Positions 7,501 to 17,478 are shown, counted from the stretch's first letter. The stretch: DNA of 28,402 nt from a virus (IMGVR_UViG_3300020452_000237:1-28402); one strand, 5' to 3'. Notes: generated from the sequence alone by a model not told the origin. Made by a program: numbers and translations.

Positions 7501-10500
7501 ATCTCTAGATCAAATAAAAATTGTAAATCATGATTATAAGGATGGAGAAATTGTTAATTATACATGTACAGGAACACCAATTACTGGATTAACAACTGCT
7601 ACAGATTACTATGTTTGTTTTGTTAATAAAGATAATTTTAAATTAACAAGTGTTGGTGTTGGTTCTACTGCTAGTGATTTTTACTACAGAACAAAACAAT
7701 ACCGTTCTTTAGAAAATATTGGTGTTGGAACACATAATTTCAACTATCCTGATATTAGTGTAACTATAACTGGTAATGTAGGTGTAGCATCTGTTGGTGT
7801 TGATACTTTTGAAGCTAAAGTTCAACCAATATTCCGAGGAGAAGTAACATCTATTCACCTTGCAGATAAAGGTGTTGGATATGGATCATCCGAAATCATC
7901 AACTTTAATAGACAACCTGATGTAAGTTTATCATCTGGCGTTAATGGTCAATTAAAACCTATTATTCACAATGGATCTATTACTGAAGTTATTGTAGAAA
8001 ATAAAGGTCAAGATTATATTGCTCCTCCTAATTTACAAATAAATGGTGATGGATTTGGTGCAGTATTAACTCCTGTTCTTAAAACTGTAGGAATTGGTAC
8101 AAGTGCAAAATATCTTTTAGAAGAAGTTAAAGTTTTACAGAAAGGAATTGGATATACAAAAGATGTTACCTCAATTGATGTTCTTTCACCTGGAGAAGGA
8201 GTACAACTACGTCCTAATGTTCAGCAATGGACTATTAATCTATTTGAAAAGTATTATCAAGGTGAGCAGGTAACTTCTGATGATGGTATTATTGTAAATG
8301 GATTAAACAAGAAATATGGTTTACAATACACTCACTTATATGCTCCTAGAAAACTTAGAGAAGGTGTTTATGCAACTAATCAAGAAGGAACATCATTGTA
8401 TGGACAACCTGATTTAAAGAGGGTTAATGGTCAAGAAGTTGAATCTTCAGATCACTCTCCTATTATTGGATGGGCATATGATGGAAACCCAATTTATGGT
8501 CCTTATGGATATATCAAGAAAGAGGGTGGTTCGGTAATACAGATGAAATCTGGTTATTTTGAAGAAGCAGCTCTTAAGGAAAATAGACCACCTTTAACAG
8601 TTTATGGTCCAGGATTCTTTGTTGAAGATTATACCTTTAAAGAAAAAACAGATGAAACTTTCTTGGATGAAAATAATGGAAGATTCTGTATAACACCACA
8701 ATTCCCAAATGGAGTTTATGCTTATTTTGCAACTCTTAACAATGCTGGTGCTGAACAGGGTGGTCAATTTAACAGTTATAAATTACCCGTATTCCCATAT
8801 CTTATAGGTGAGAATTATCAATCAACACCTGATTCATTTAATTTCACTCAATATTCAAATCAAGATGATTATCTTCTAGAGGAGGATTCTTGGTATAGAA
8901 ATACATCTCCTTACAACTTAATTGAAGGTGATATTAGATATCCATATCTACCCATTCCAGATAGTTTATTACAAACCGTAGATATAAAAGGTACTCAACC
9001 AGGAGTTATTGAAAATATAGGAATTACAACGGGTGGAAAAAATTATAGAATAGGTAATAAAGTTGTATTTAATAATAATGGCACTAGTGGTGGTGGTGCA
9101 GCTGCTCAAGTCTCCAGACTTGTGGGTAAATCTATTACTTCCGTAAGTGTTGCTACTAGCACTATAACAGGTGTTGAGTTTTATCCTGGTCCTCAAAAAG
9201 GTCAATATACAGCAATATCAGATGAACCCATTCAGTGGATTAATAATGATCTTATCAATGTAACTGGATTATCAACAACATCTTCAAATATTGAAGGAAC
9301 TTATAATGTTGGTATTAGTTCTAATAGGTTAATTGTAGCAGGAGTAGGAACCACAGCAGTTGCAATAGGAACTGATGGTGCTACTGGTATAGTTACACAC
9401 TTTGATGTTCTAGGTGATTTAACATTCCCAACTATCAGATCTAACGACATTCTTGGAATTGGAACAGAAACGATAAAGGTATTAAACGTAGAAGCATCAA
9501 GATCAAGAATTAGAGTATTGAGAGGTGTAAATGGTGTTACTGGAGTTTCTCATACAGTCACAGCAGAAATTCTAGAACAACCTAGAAAACTTACTGTTAA
9601 TCCTGGATTTACTTCTACTTATCAATATAGAATTAATAAGCAAATCTACTTTGAACCAAAAGAAGCAGTTGGTGTATCTACTTTAGGTGGAGTGGGAATT
9701 GGTAGTACTCTTGTATTCTCTAATCCTGGTATTGGATTAACTCAACTGTTTGTATACTCCAAGCAGATGTATCTTCCAAACCATGAATTAAAAACTGGTG
9801 ATAAAGTAACATATGCTCCAGGAAATGGAACAGGTATTACTATTAGAGAAGATGGATTGGCAGGTACTGCTTCTGGAATAACAACCTTACCAAATGGAAA
9901 GGATTTGTTTGTTGCAGTTGTCAATCAAGACATAATTGGGTTATCTACATGTCAGGTAGGTTTAGGTACAACAGGAACTTTTGTGGGCATTGCAAGCACA
10001 CAGAGAACCTCTACAACGTTCTTCTTTGCAGGAATAGGAACTGGAGTATATCATAGTCTTAAAACTAATTATGAGGTAATTACAGGAGAAGTTAATAGGG
10101 TTAGAGCAACTGTTTCTAGTGGACAGACTCATGGACTATTAAACAATGATACTGTCTTTATGAATGTCAGTCCTGGTATTTCTACAACCATTGTTGTTAA
10201 GTATAATGATTATAATAGAAAGTTAGTAATAAATCCAAAATCATTTATAGCAGCAGGAGTAAACACCACAACTAATGCTTTAACTATATCCAATCATGGA
10301 TATAAAACAGGTGAAAAAATTATTCATACTTCATCCATTCCTTGTGGTGGTTTAGTTAATAATCAAAATTATTATATTGTTAAAGTTGATGATAATACAT
10401 TTAAATTATCAAACACATATCATGATTCAACTGAAGAGAAGCCACCTATTGTTGGAATTACCAGCACCTCTGTAGGAACTATCAATCCAATAAATCCAGA

Positions 10501-13500
10501 AATAAAATTATATAAAAATTGTAGTGCTATCTTTGATGTTTCTGATACATCTTTGTCATATGTAAATCAAGCAACAAATTATTCTGCATTTAATTTTACT
10601 TTCTATAAAGATGAAAATTTCACCAAGATTTGGGATACTTCAACTTTAACAAAAGATTTTAATGTTGTAAGAAATGGAGCTCCTGGTATAACAACAGATG
10701 CTAATGTTACTTTAACAGTTACTGAAGAAATTCCTACTGAATTATTCTATAAATTAGATCCCATTTATGATAGTAATCTTCCTGATGTTAAAAAAGAAGT
10801 AAATGTAGATAGTGAAGTTATTTCTGGAAGTCAGGTAACTATCTTGGAGAGTATGTATAATGGTGAGCAAAGAATTACTATAGCATCAACAAACTCTTTT
10901 ACATACACATTACCTGAAATTCCTGAAAAAACATCTTATGGTTCTTTATCAGGTTTAACTTATGAAACTGATAGTAGCACTGCTTTTGGTGAGATATCAA
11001 CATTTGATATAAAGAATCCTGGTAAGAATTATTATTCTCTTCCAGGAATTACCACTATTAATAGTGCTGAAGGAACTAATGCAATTATTTCAGGTGTTAG
11101 TACTTCTATTGGAAAAATTAAAACTGTAAAACTTAGAGATGTTGGGTATAATTTCCCATCTGATCCAACATTGATGCCAAGTGCTTCATTACCACAAGTT
11201 ATTGAATTGGATGCTCTTAAATCTGTTGAGTCTGTTGGTATAACTTCATTTGGTGTTGGTTATATTTCTGCACCAGAACTATTAGTTATTGATGGATTTA
11301 CTAATAAACCAGTTTTTGATCTTGATTTGAGATACACGCTAGGAAATCCTAATGTAGAAATTTTAAAGAATACTTATGGTATTCATGATGCACCACCTAC
11401 AGTTATACCTCTTAAAAACTCTAATGGAGTTGGTATTAGTACTGTTGGATTTAACACAACTAGTAAAAATGTAACTGTTACTCTTGCCACTGGATTTAGC
11501 ACTGCTAATAGCTTCCCATTTGAAGTTGGTGACTTGGTTTATGTTGAGGGTATTAGTGTAGGTGTAGGAACAACAGCACGAGGATATAATTCTTCTGAAT
11601 ATGATTACAAACTTTTCAATCTAACTGAGATTGACGCTAACTTGGGTGGTATTGGAAGTATTACCTATAACCTTACAGATTTCTTTGGAGATTTAGCACC
11701 TGAGTTAACACCAGGTACATATGACTTTGTTAACTCTGCAGGAAGAGTTGTTCCTCAGAAATACTTCCCACAATTTGATGTTAAACTGACAAAATCAAAT
11801 GATTATGTTCCTGGTGAAACTGTTACTGGAACTCTTAGTAGCACAACAGGTGAAGTTCAATACTGGGAAGCAAATACTGGTATTTTAAGAATATCTGCTC
11901 AAAAAGATTTTGTAGTTGGTGATATTATAGTTGGTGGTGCTTCTGGAGTTCAAGGAACTGCTACATCTATTAAATCATTTGATGCATATCTCAAATTAGC
12001 AGCAACTGCTAGAGTAGAAGGTGGTTGGGAGACAGAATCTGGTTTCTTTAATAGAACACTTCAAAGATTCCAAGATAGTGACTATTATCAGAACTTATCA
12101 TATTCATTAAGTTCTAAAGTAGACTTTGATGTTTGGGATAATGCAGTTTCTACTTTAAATCATACTATTGGATTTAAAAAGTTTGCTGATTATCAGTTAG
12201 AATCGACTCCTGATCAAAAAGACTCATTAGTGGTTGGTTTATCAACTGAATTATCTGCTTATACTGTTGTTAATGAATTGCAGTCAACAGTTGATATGAA
12301 TACTGTTGAAGATTTTGATCTTGCTTCAGAAAATGTCTTGAGTATTAGTGATGATACTGTTTCTACTGAAATAACTTTCTCAAGTAGGATTTTACAAGAT
12401 TTCCAAGAATCTATAGGTAACAGAGTTGTTTCTATTGATGACTTTAGTGGAACATTTAATAGTAATCCAAGATCTACTAGATTTACTACAGTTGCTAATT
12501 GGACATTAGCAGAAAGAAGAGCATTGAAGTATTTCCTCTATGTAAGAGACAAGAGATTTACTGCTCAAAGACAATTAACGATTGTTGATATCGTTCATGA
12601 TAATAATTTTGGATATCTTAATCAATATGGAAAAATAGACACTGTTTATAATCAAGGTGATTTTGATTTTGCAATTTCTGGTAGTTTAGGTGAATTAAGA
12701 TGGTATCCTGTAAAATTTAGTGTCAATGATTATTTTATTGCTAGTCTTTCCTTTAATTTGGATGATAATGCATTAAGCACTGGAAGCACAGTTATTGGAC
12801 CTTCTATTGTAGATACTGAAAGTGTTGCAATTGGAGTTGGAATTGGAACTACAACAATTGTAGGTATTGCAAGCACTTATAGATCTGCTCATGTAATGGT
12901 ATCAATTAATCCTGATATCAATTTTGAAGAATTTGAGTATAATCAATTTAATATTATTCATGATGGAACAACTGTTGATATAGTAGAATATGGTCGTTTA
13001 TCAACGAATATAACTGAAGGATATGTTTCTCGTACTGGTATGGGAACTTATCATGGATACATTGATAATGATTTATTGAAAATTGATTTCTATCCTAATA
13101 CTGGTGTTGGTATTGGTACAACAGGTGCTATTAATACAATGTTAGTAGGAATGGCATCTTCTGAGTATAGTGGAATATCAACAGTAGAATTAAAACATGC
13201 TATTCTTGAATCTAGATGTACTGGTATTGGTTCTACAACCTCTCCAATTGAAAATATCATAGCAGAGTATCCTACCGACTATCAAGCTGCTTATTGCTTC
13301 GTTCAGATTACTGATTGTACTAATAAGGCATATCAAATGTCTGAATTCCTCTGTGTTAATGATTTTGTTACCGATGAAACTCAAGAGAGTTATGATGTTG
13401 AGTATGGTAATGTTTATTCTGGAAATGCTGGATTAGGAACGATAGGAAGTAGAGTTTCCGCTGGTGGAACGATGTCTATTGTCTTTACACCAAATTCAGG

Positions 13501-16500
13501 TATTGATGTTCAAACAAATGTCTTTAGTAATATATTAAGAATTACTGATGATACTAAAGATACAATTGATTTTGATAATGGTGCAATAGAATCAGGATTT
13601 GGTGATTATGAAGGAACTGACCGTGCTGTTAAGAGAGAATTTGAGTTAAAGCATAGAACTGATACCATCTTTGAAAAATCATTTGTTGGTGAAGATAGTT
13701 CTATTATAGATGTTACTAATAATATTGTTATTCTACCAAACCACTTCTTCGTTACTGGAGAACAACTTACTTACAACCATGCTGGTGCTGGTAAAACAAT
13801 GGCAGTTGGTATTGCTACTACTAATGGATTTGTAGGAGTTGGTACTACTAATAAATTACCTGGCACATTATTCGCAGTTAAGATTGATGATGATTCAATT
13901 AAACTTGCAGAGACTGCTGAGAAGGCACTTAAGACTGTTCCAGAGGTTGTTGACATAACAAGTGTTGGTATAGGAACTTCTCATAGATTTAATTCTATTA
14001 ATCAGAATGCAAAACTATTAGTATCCATTGATAACATAATTCAGTCTCCAATAGTTGCAACAGCAGTTACATCTCATTTAACTCAGGAAGTTTTCACTAC
14101 TGATGAGTTCATTAATCTTGCTGGTATTACCTCAATGTTTGGTGGTGACTTAATTAAGATTGGTGATGAAATAATGAGAGTTGATGGTGTTGGTATAGGT
14201 CTTACTAATAGAATATCAGTTAGAAGACCTTGGATGGGAACAGCTCTTGCTGGATATAGTACTTCCACTTTAGTTACTAAAGTAGTTGGTAATTACAACA
14301 TAGTTGATAATGCTATTAACTTTGTTGCTGCTCCAAGTGGTAATGTTCCTTTAAGCACAAGCACAAATAGACCAGATGAAAGGGATTGGGTTGGTATTTC
14401 AACTGGATCTAGTTTTGAAGGAAGGATGTTTATGAGATCTGGTGTTCCCGATACTCCATATGAAACATACTATAGAAACTACGTTTTTGATAGTCTTTCT
14501 TCTCAATTTACTGGTCAGAAGGCAGATTTCACTTTAAAATCAAATGGATCAAATGTAGCAGGTTTAACTACAGATAATGCAATCATTCTTGTTAATGATG
14601 TATTCCAAACTCCTGGTCCTTTAAACAATTACACATTAGCTCAAACAACCACTGGTATTAGTACAATATCATTTACAGGAACAGGTAGTTCTGTTGCTGG
14701 AGCACCTAACGTTGGAACACTTCCTTTAGGTGGTGCGATAGTTTCAGTTGCTTCTACAGAAGGATTTGGTTATCAACCATTAGTAGCAGCAGGTGGTACT
14801 GCAACTGTTTCTACTGCAGGTACAATTACATCTGTAAGTATTGCTAATACTGGTTCTGGTTATAGAATAGGTGTTCAAACTAATGTCAATGTTGCTATTC
14901 AAACTTCTACCCTACCAGGTATGAGTGTGATAGGAATTGGTACTGCACAAATCTCTGGTGATGGTCATATCACAGGTGTTGCTATTACTAACCCATATGT
15001 GTTTAACATACCTGTTTTTGTATCTAATGTAGGATATGATACTGTTACTGGATTAACTACAGTTACTACATCTAGTGCTCATGGATTCTCATTAGGTGAA
15101 GAAGCCGTCTTATCTGGTATTGCATTTACTACATTATATTCCAGTCCTAAGACAGTAAGCAATTTTGTTTATACTGCTGCAACTGGTATTGCAACTGTTA
15201 CTACTCCTACTAATCATGGTTTTGCTGCTAATGATGATATTGTATTAACAGGATTAGCAATAACTGAGGGTAGTAGCAATATTACATATCCAAGAACATC
15301 AGATCCATATTATACTGGATCTAGAATTAGTTCTGTATTAACTACAAAACGTTTTGTAATTCAAGTTGGTGCAGGTAATACTGCACTTCAATACACCTCT
15401 GGTGGTACTGTTCAATTATTTGAATCTCCTACCAATTTCCCTATTGACAGTGTTCCAGTTCTTCAAGTAATTGATACAACTAGTTTCTCAGTTAATACTG
15501 GAATATCAACAAGAACAAATCTCTATAATAGAGGTGGAGTTGTTACAAGACCACTTAAAGTTATTGTTGATAGTCCATTATCTTATAGTGGTATTGCTTT
15601 GACTGTTTCTGATGTAAACAATGCTGGAGTGGGAACAGGTGGAATTATTGATGTTGTAGTTGGTCAAGGATCAAGTGTAATTAGTTTCACTATCTCTAAT
15701 ACTGGTAGTGGATATGGTAATGGACAAATACTAACAGTTCCTATTGGAGGAACTACTGGTATTCCTACTGATCCAACTAAACCATTTAGAGAATTCCAAT
15801 TAACTCTTGATCCATGTTTCTATGATGAATTTACTGGTTGGTCTGTTGGTGAATTAGAAACGGTAGACAATGTTGAGAAATTTATTACTGGAACTAGAAA
15901 GGATTTCCCATTGGAACTTAATGGAGAAACATTAACAATTAGAGGTAGAAAGGGTTCTAAGATTGTTGAGCAAGATCTTCTATTAGTATTTGTAAATGAT
16001 GTTCCTCAAGTTCCTGGTGAGGGTTATACCTTCCCAGGTGGTAGTAATATTACGTTTACAGAAGCACCTAAAGAAGGTGATAGTATACAGATAATATTCT
16101 ATAAAGGAACTGGATCTCAAGACGTTGTTGAAAGAAGAGTTCTAGAAACTGTTAAACCTGGCGATGATCTACAAATAGGTCATTTGGAATCTCAAGACTT
16201 CTGGTTAGAAGAAGCAGTTAGAGTTCCTATTAGTGTAGATTCTACTGATCGTGTTTCAACACCTCCATATTATGGACCAGGAAATACTGCAGATCCTTTA
16301 TTAGAAAGACCTATTAAATGGACTAGACAGACTGAAGATAAAATTATTAATCAAATAGGTGTAGGAAAAGATAGGGAAATTTATGAACCTGTGATCAATC
16401 CTTATTCACCTCTTATTAAGTCTGTTGGAATTGGGTCAACTATCATCTATGTTGAAAATGTAAGACCTTACTTTGATCCATATAATGAAGTTGATGATGT

Positions 16501-17473
16501 ATCTCCTGAAGCAGATGATTTTAAATTCCAGAAGAAGGTTAAATTTATTTCTCAGGAAATAAGAACAGGTGCTGCTGCAACTGCTATTGTATCTGGTCTT
16601 GGAACTATTAGTTCTGTATCAATTACCCAAGGTGGTGTTGGATACAGCACTGCGGTTGTAAGTTTTGGATCCACATCTATTGGTGGTGTTGAAGTGGGTG
16701 TTGTAACAACATCTACGAGAGCATTTGGAACTCCCATAATTAGTGCTGCAGGAACAATCACTGGTATTGCTATTACTGCAGTTGGATCTGGATATACATC
16801 CTCCAACCCACCATCAGTTCTCATTAGTCCACCTGTGTGGCCTGAAGAAGAAAATACTGTGGGTACTTATGAAGGAGATTCAGGTGTTATTGTTGGATTT
16901 GGTACTACTACTGTTGGTGTTTCAACTGGATATCAATTAGTATTTGATTTACATATTCCTCTTTCATCAGAACTGAGGGACTCTAATATTACTGGCACTG
17001 CTGTTACTATTAGTGGAATTAGCACTGGTGACTATTTCGTGGTTAATGATTCTACTGTTGGATCTGCATCCACGTCGATTCGTGCTCTTGCTGCAGATGG
17101 TGCTACTATCGGAATTGGAACTGACTTTGTAAATAATGTTTATGAAGTAAGTACATTTGAGATAGTTCAATCTCCAACTGCAATTGCTTCTAATGGAGTG
17201 GGAATAGGAACCACTCATATGAATAGAGTATTCGTCAAGATTGGTGACAACTTTACATGGACGGGTCAGTGGCCTAGTTTCAGTGGAGTTGGAATACAAA
17301 CTGGTAATTACTTTGGATCATATAGTTGGGGTAAGATTAATCTTCCTTCAAGATCTGAAAGTAACACATATGATGCTTATACATTAGGTGGTGTGGGAGG
17401 AATAACTACTTCTCCTGTCGTAAGAAGATCTAGATCTCTTAAACATAAGCAGTATTATACACCCCCAAGTTAA
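4589..17473 (+). CDS. gp7: Giant baseplate wedge initiator gp7-like virion protein (4294 aa)
   Basis: Lies between gp6 and gp8. N-terminal 'NQLPGYVQSDYP...EFLKSYY' and 'KDFYLSKGT....ILFKALY', 'QDSDYYQNLSYSLSS....WDNAV..LNHTIGFKKF', C-terminal 'YFGSYSWGKI'. Many internal beta-repeat modules. Confidence 0.85.
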   Translation: MTTKRVQFNNIVQNQLPGYVQSDYPLVAEFLKSYYQGQEYEGGPIDLVQNIDKYVKIDNLTNLTYSVGLGATVGISSDAIDVDMQNFPTGTLGFPDSYGLLKINDEIITYTGITTFGFTGCVRGFSGVTSYRSATNSEELVFESTEADEHAKGSTIENLSCLFLKEFLTKTKYQITPGLEGRQLTSDLDQEVFIKQSKDFYLSKGTDRGFEILFKALYNENVNIIRPRDFLFTPSNANYKVTRDFVVQSITGDPMDLELSTLFQDEYNDTIDKAYAPITHVEKISVGVGETYYKFSVDAGYNRDSRVEGATYGTFEVSPRTRIVGGVSAGATIFDVDSTVGFSTEGELHFRYGDNTVGISSYTSKNLTQFFGLSGIGKEIDSAAIVGINTFAYGSSVIEPDETIEVRITSVINSVEYSDANCLYGNGDDIKIKTLGIGDTGYKLNGWSYNVSPTYKVKDLLLIDVSDFTYEVFTDVDHQFRTGDRAVISRSQGENTSYPASIISQITSSRSFIMKEQGEIDITTDVDSNPYVIERKLSKANALNFPEASVFSSDVQNVYQERQTQKLLITSPSIPSYDSSSLGVNANRIVFSGNFSGDTWDIIADATTPVGVPIFDHGFYTGDSIYYTPQIINDVYEDPTSGTKLDNFVIKSSLTDEGLYFIKRVDANNIKLAKSRPDLYNGTFVDLSNDGTRTGVATDNRIEPFSFNGETLQSQKLTRIITPPVDTGTVSETTPGSIGILVNGVEVLNYKSYEKVYYGQLQSIDVLAGGSNYDVINPPITKITDNVGTGATGFVAVKGSLKDIRIIDPGFAYESKPTIKITGGNGQDAFAAINMQSVDHSIPFTASSEKVGLGITGTLSSTIGFGTYHKFANGEQVVYVTDNQQSIGGLTTSASYHASVVGSGGTTIRLHTTEAGALAGINTVVLTSRGSGTQFIKATTTKSIIESINVINSGTGYENKKRTVQPAGITTSLDQIKIVNHDYKDGEIVNYTCTGTPITGLTTATDYYVCFVNKDNFKLTSVGVGSTASDFYYRTKQYRSLENIGVGTHNFNYPDISVTITGNVGVASVGVDTFEAKVQPIFRGEVTSIHLADKGVGYGSSEIINFNRQPDVSLSSGVNGQLKPIIHNGSITEVIVENKGQDYIAPPNLQINGDGFGAVLTPVLKTVGIGTSAKYLLEEVKVLQKGIGYTKDVTSIDVLSPGEGVQLRPNVQQWTINLFEKYYQGEQVTSDDGIIVNGLNKKYGLQYTHLYAPRKLREGVYATNQEGTSLYGQPDLKRVNGQEVESSDHSPIIGWAYDGNPIYGPYGYIKKEGGSVIQMKSGYFEEAALKENRPPLTVYGPGFFVEDYTFKEKTDETFLDENNGRFCITPQFPNGVYAYFATLNNAGAEQGGQFNSYKLPVFPYLIGENYQSTPDSFNFTQYSNQDDYLLEEDSWYRNTSPYNLIEGDIRYPYLPIPDSLLQTVDIKGTQPGVIENIGITTGGKNYRIGNKVVFNNNGTSGGGAAAQVSRLVGKSITSVSVATSTITGVEFYPGPQKGQYTAISDEPIQWINNDLINVTGLSTTSSNIEGTYNVGISSNRLIVAGVGTTAVAIGTDGATGIVTHFDVLGDLTFPTIRSNDILGIGTETIKVLNVEASRSRIRVLRGVNGVTGVSHTVTAEILEQPRKLTVNPGFTSTYQYRINKQIYFEPKEAVGVSTLGGVGIGSTLVFSNPGIGLTQLFVYSKQMYLPNHELKTGDKVTYAPGNGTGITIREDGLAGTASGITTLPNGKDLFVAVVNQDIIGLSTCQVGLGTTGTFVGIASTQRTSTTFFFAGIGTGVYHSLKTNYEVITGEVNRVRATVSSGQTHGLLNNDTVFMNVSPGISTTIVVKYNDYNRKLVINPKSFIAAGVNTTTNALTISNHGYKTGEKIIHTSSIPCGGLVNNQNYYIVKVDDNTFKLSNTYHDSTEEKPPIVGITSTSVGTINPINPEIKLYKNCSAIFDVSDTSLSYVNQATNYSAFNFTFYKDENFTKIWDTSTLTKDFNVVRNGAPGITTDANVTLTVTEEIPTELFYKLDPIYDSNLPDVKKEVNVDSEVISGSQVTILESMYNGEQRITIASTNSFTYTLPEIPEKTSYGSLSGLTYETDSSTAFGEISTFDIKNPGKNYYSLPGITTINSAEGTNAIISGVSTSIGKIKTVKLRDVGYNFPSDPTLMPSASLPQVIELDALKSVESVGITSFGVGYISAPELLVIDGFTNKPVFDLDLRYTLGNPNVEILKNTYGIHDAPPTVIPLKNSNGVGISTVGFNTTSKNVTVTLATGFSTANSFPFEVGDLVYVEGISVGVGTTARGYNSSEYDYKLFNLTEIDANLGGIGSITYNLTDFFGDLAPELTPGTYDFVNSAGRVVPQKYFPQFDVKLTKSNDYVPGETVTGTLSSTTGEVQYWEANTGILRISAQKDFVVGDIIVGGASGVQGTATSIKSFDAYLKLAATARVEGGWETESGFFNRTLQRFQDSDYYQNLSYSLSSKVDFDVWDNAVSTLNHTIGFKKFADYQLESTPDQKDSLVVGLSTELSAYTVVNELQSTVDMNTVEDFDLASENVLSISDDTVSTEITFSSRILQDFQESIGNRVVSIDDFSGTFNSNPRSTRFTTVANWTLAERRALKYFLYVRDKRFTAQRQLTIVDIVHDNNFGYLNQYGKIDTVYNQGDFDFAISGSLGELRWYPVKFSVNDYFIASLSFNLDDNALSTGSTVIGPSIVDTESVAIGVGIGTTTIVGIASTYRSAHVMVSINPDINFEEFEYNQFNIIHDGTTVDIVEYGRLSTNITEGYVSRTGMGTYHGYIDNDLLKIDFYPNTGVGIGTTGAINTMLVGMASSEYSGISTVELKHAILESRCTGIGSTTSPIENIIAEYPTDYQAAYCFVQITDCTNKAYQMSEFLCVNDFVTDETQESYDVEYGNVYSGNAGLGTIGSRVSAGGTMSIVFTPNSGIDVQTNVFSNILRITDDTKDTIDFDNGAIESGFGDYEGTDRAVKREFELKHRTDTIFEKSFVGEDSSIIDVTNNIVILPNHFFVTGEQLTYNHAGAGKTMAVGIATTNGFVGVGTTNKLPGTLFAVKIDDDSIKLAETAEKALKTVPEVVDITSVGIGTSHRFNSINQNAKLLVSIDNIIQSPIVATAVTSHLTQEVFTTDEFINLAGITSMFGGDLIKIGDEIMRVDGVGIGLTNRISVRRPWMGTALAGYSTSTLVTKVVGNYNIVDNAINFVAAPSGNVPLSTSTNRPDERDWVGISTGSSFEGRMFMRSGVPDTPYETYYRNYVFDSLSSQFTGQKADFTLKSNGSNVAGLTTDNAIILVNDVFQTPGPLNNYTLAQTTTGISTISFTGTGSSVAGAPNVGTLPLGGAIVSVASTEGFGYQPLVAAGGTATVSTAGTITSVSIANTGSGYRIGVQTNVNVAIQTSTLPGMSVIGIGTAQISGDGHITGVAITNPYVFNIPVFVSNVGYDTVTGLTTVTTSSAHGFSLGEEAVLSGIAFTTLYSSPKTVSNFVYTAATGIATVTTPTNHGFAANDDIVLTGLAITEGSSNITYPRTSDPYYTGSRISSVLTTKRFVIQVGAGNTALQYTSGGTVQLFESPTNFPIDSVPVLQVIDTTSFSVNTGISTRTNLYNRGGVVTRPLKVIVDSPLSYSGIALTVSDVNNAGVGTGGIIDVVVGQGSSVISFTISNTGSGYGNGQILTVPIGGTTGIPTDPTKPFREFQLTLDPCFYDEFTGWSVGELETVDNVEKFITGTRKDFPLELNGETLTIRGRKGSKIVEQDLLLVFVNDVPQVPGEGYTFPGGSNITFTEAPKEGDSIQIIFYKGTGSQDVVERRVLETVKPGDDLQIGHLESQDFWLEEAVRVPISVDSTDRVSTPPYYGPGNTADPLLERPIKWTRQTEDKIINQIGVGKDREIYEPVINPYSPLIKSVGIGSTIIYVENVRPYFDPYNEVDDVSPEADDFKFQKKVKFISQEIRTGAAATAIVSGLGTISSVSITQGGVGYSTAVVSFGSTSIGGVEVGVVTTSTRAFGTPIISAAGTITGIAITAVGSGYTSSNPPSVLISPPVWPEEENTVGTYEGDSGVIVGFGTTTVGVSTGYQLVFDLHIPLSSELRDSNITGTAVTISGISTGDYFVVNDSTVGSASTSIRALAADGATIGIGTDFVNNVYEVSTFEIVQSPTAIASNGVGIGTTHMNRVFVKIGDNFTWTGQWPSFSGVGIQTGNYFGSYSWGKINLPSRSESNTYDAYTLGGVGGITTSPVVRRSRSLKHKQYYTPPS

Positions 17474-17478
17474 TCCTT

